A stretch of 34,427 nt of DNA, from the IMG/VR virus record IMGVR_UViG_3300020044_008626, positions 1 through 34,427 of that record; one strand, written 5' to 3'. The stretch comes from a virus. Taxonomy: Duplodnaviria; Caudoviricetes. Both the position numbers and the translations under genes were made by a program. Below, piece by piece: positions 33,914-34,427 of the stretch (position 1 is its first letter; every line of letters begins with the position of its first letter). The notes beneath the pieces are model-generated. The model did no database searches. It saw only the letters and a program-made list of their open reading frames with translations, and had not been told where the DNA came from.

Positions 33914-34369
33914 ATGCTAGACGACGACACAGACTGGCGAACGCCGGATATTGATGCAGGGCGAAACATTGCCCGCGCCGATCTTGAGCGCATCGCGGCG
34001 AAGCTCGAAAAAGCCGAGCTTGCCCTGCTTGTCGAAGGCATTTCGCGTCACATCGCAGCAAAGCGCAAAGGCAAGGATGAGGCAGTCGCGAAGTTCATTT
34101 CTGAGTCAATCGTCTTTTGCGTATTTCCCTCGCCTTGCCCCGTGAACGTTATGGGGCTGGCTTATGCTCTTGATCTACCATTCCATATGGGGCGCAGCAT
34201 GAGCGCACAAGCTCGATCTATGGGTGTTACAAGGGCCGCGATTAGCAATGCGGCCTGGCAGTTCACCCGCCGCATGAAGATCCCGCCGTCTCGCTGGCTG
34301 AGAACAGAAGAGACGACTGAAAAAAACCGCAAAGCACGATTGAAGGCGTGCAAACCTGAAGCACCATGA
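33914..34369 (+). CDS. HTH protein resembling sigma region 4; candidate late-gene regulator
   Basis: GRSMSAQARSMGVTRAAISNA; located at the end of the early region. Confidence 0.6.
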   Translation: MLDDDTDWRTPDIDAGRNIARADLERIAAKLEKAELALLVEGISRHIAAKRKGKDEAVAKFISESIVFCVFPSPCPVNVMGLAYALDLPFHMGRSMSAQARSMGVTRAAISNAAWQFTRRMKIPPSRWLRTEETTEKNRKARLKACKPEAP

Positions 34370-34427
34370 AATACGAAGAACGCAAAAAGTCGAAGCCCTA
34401 CTCGGAAACCGTCAAAGAGCGGTTTCC
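34366..34427 (+). CDS. Partial ORF running off the right edge
   Basis: ATGA-coupled; MKYEERKKSKPYSETVKERF.. Confidence 0.55.
   Translation, partial: MKYEERKKSKPYSETVKERF

Noticed and set aside
24995-33916. ACACGAC repeats as a CRISPR or mini-array
   Set aside because: The repeats are short, dispersed and tied to start codons, with no regular repeat-spacer period and no cas genes.

Overview
A near-complete genome (about 34 kb) of a tailed dsDNA siphovirus with lambda-like terminase and portal and a P22-like capsid. A PVC/Verrucomicrobiota host is a tentative inference from the absence of Shine-Dalgarno sites, the AC-rich leaders and the style of the attC sites. Gene order on the + strand: terL C-terminal part, head, neck, tail, fibre, lysis, a helicase module, a short leftward operon, then the early and replication operon (RecT, YqaJ, RusA, SSB-like, HNH, initiator, DnaB). 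The first ~1.46 kb (terS, terL N-terminus, small genes) is inverted and splits terL, probably an amplification or assembly chimera. No integrase, integron integrase or clear CI repressor was seen. Main discovery: the phage carries integron-type gene cassettes at two loci. Two attC sites have canonical geometry, and all three complete cassettes show matched R'/R'' ends. The cassette genes are inverted, and in the first array they are translated through the attC sites in a conserved frame. A separate 1.66-kb cassette carries an SF2 helicase plus a partner gene. Other unusual signals: TTGACA sits only 13-16 nt before late-gene start codons; a predicted late small RNA has a loop antisense to an ACACGACA motif at early-gene starts; a membrane-anchored PAS protein lies in the lysis cassette; there is a tRNA-like element with an expanded D-arm; and there are two attenuator-like RNAs. 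All motifs were found by eye, and product calls rest on recognised motifs and synteny, not on database searches.
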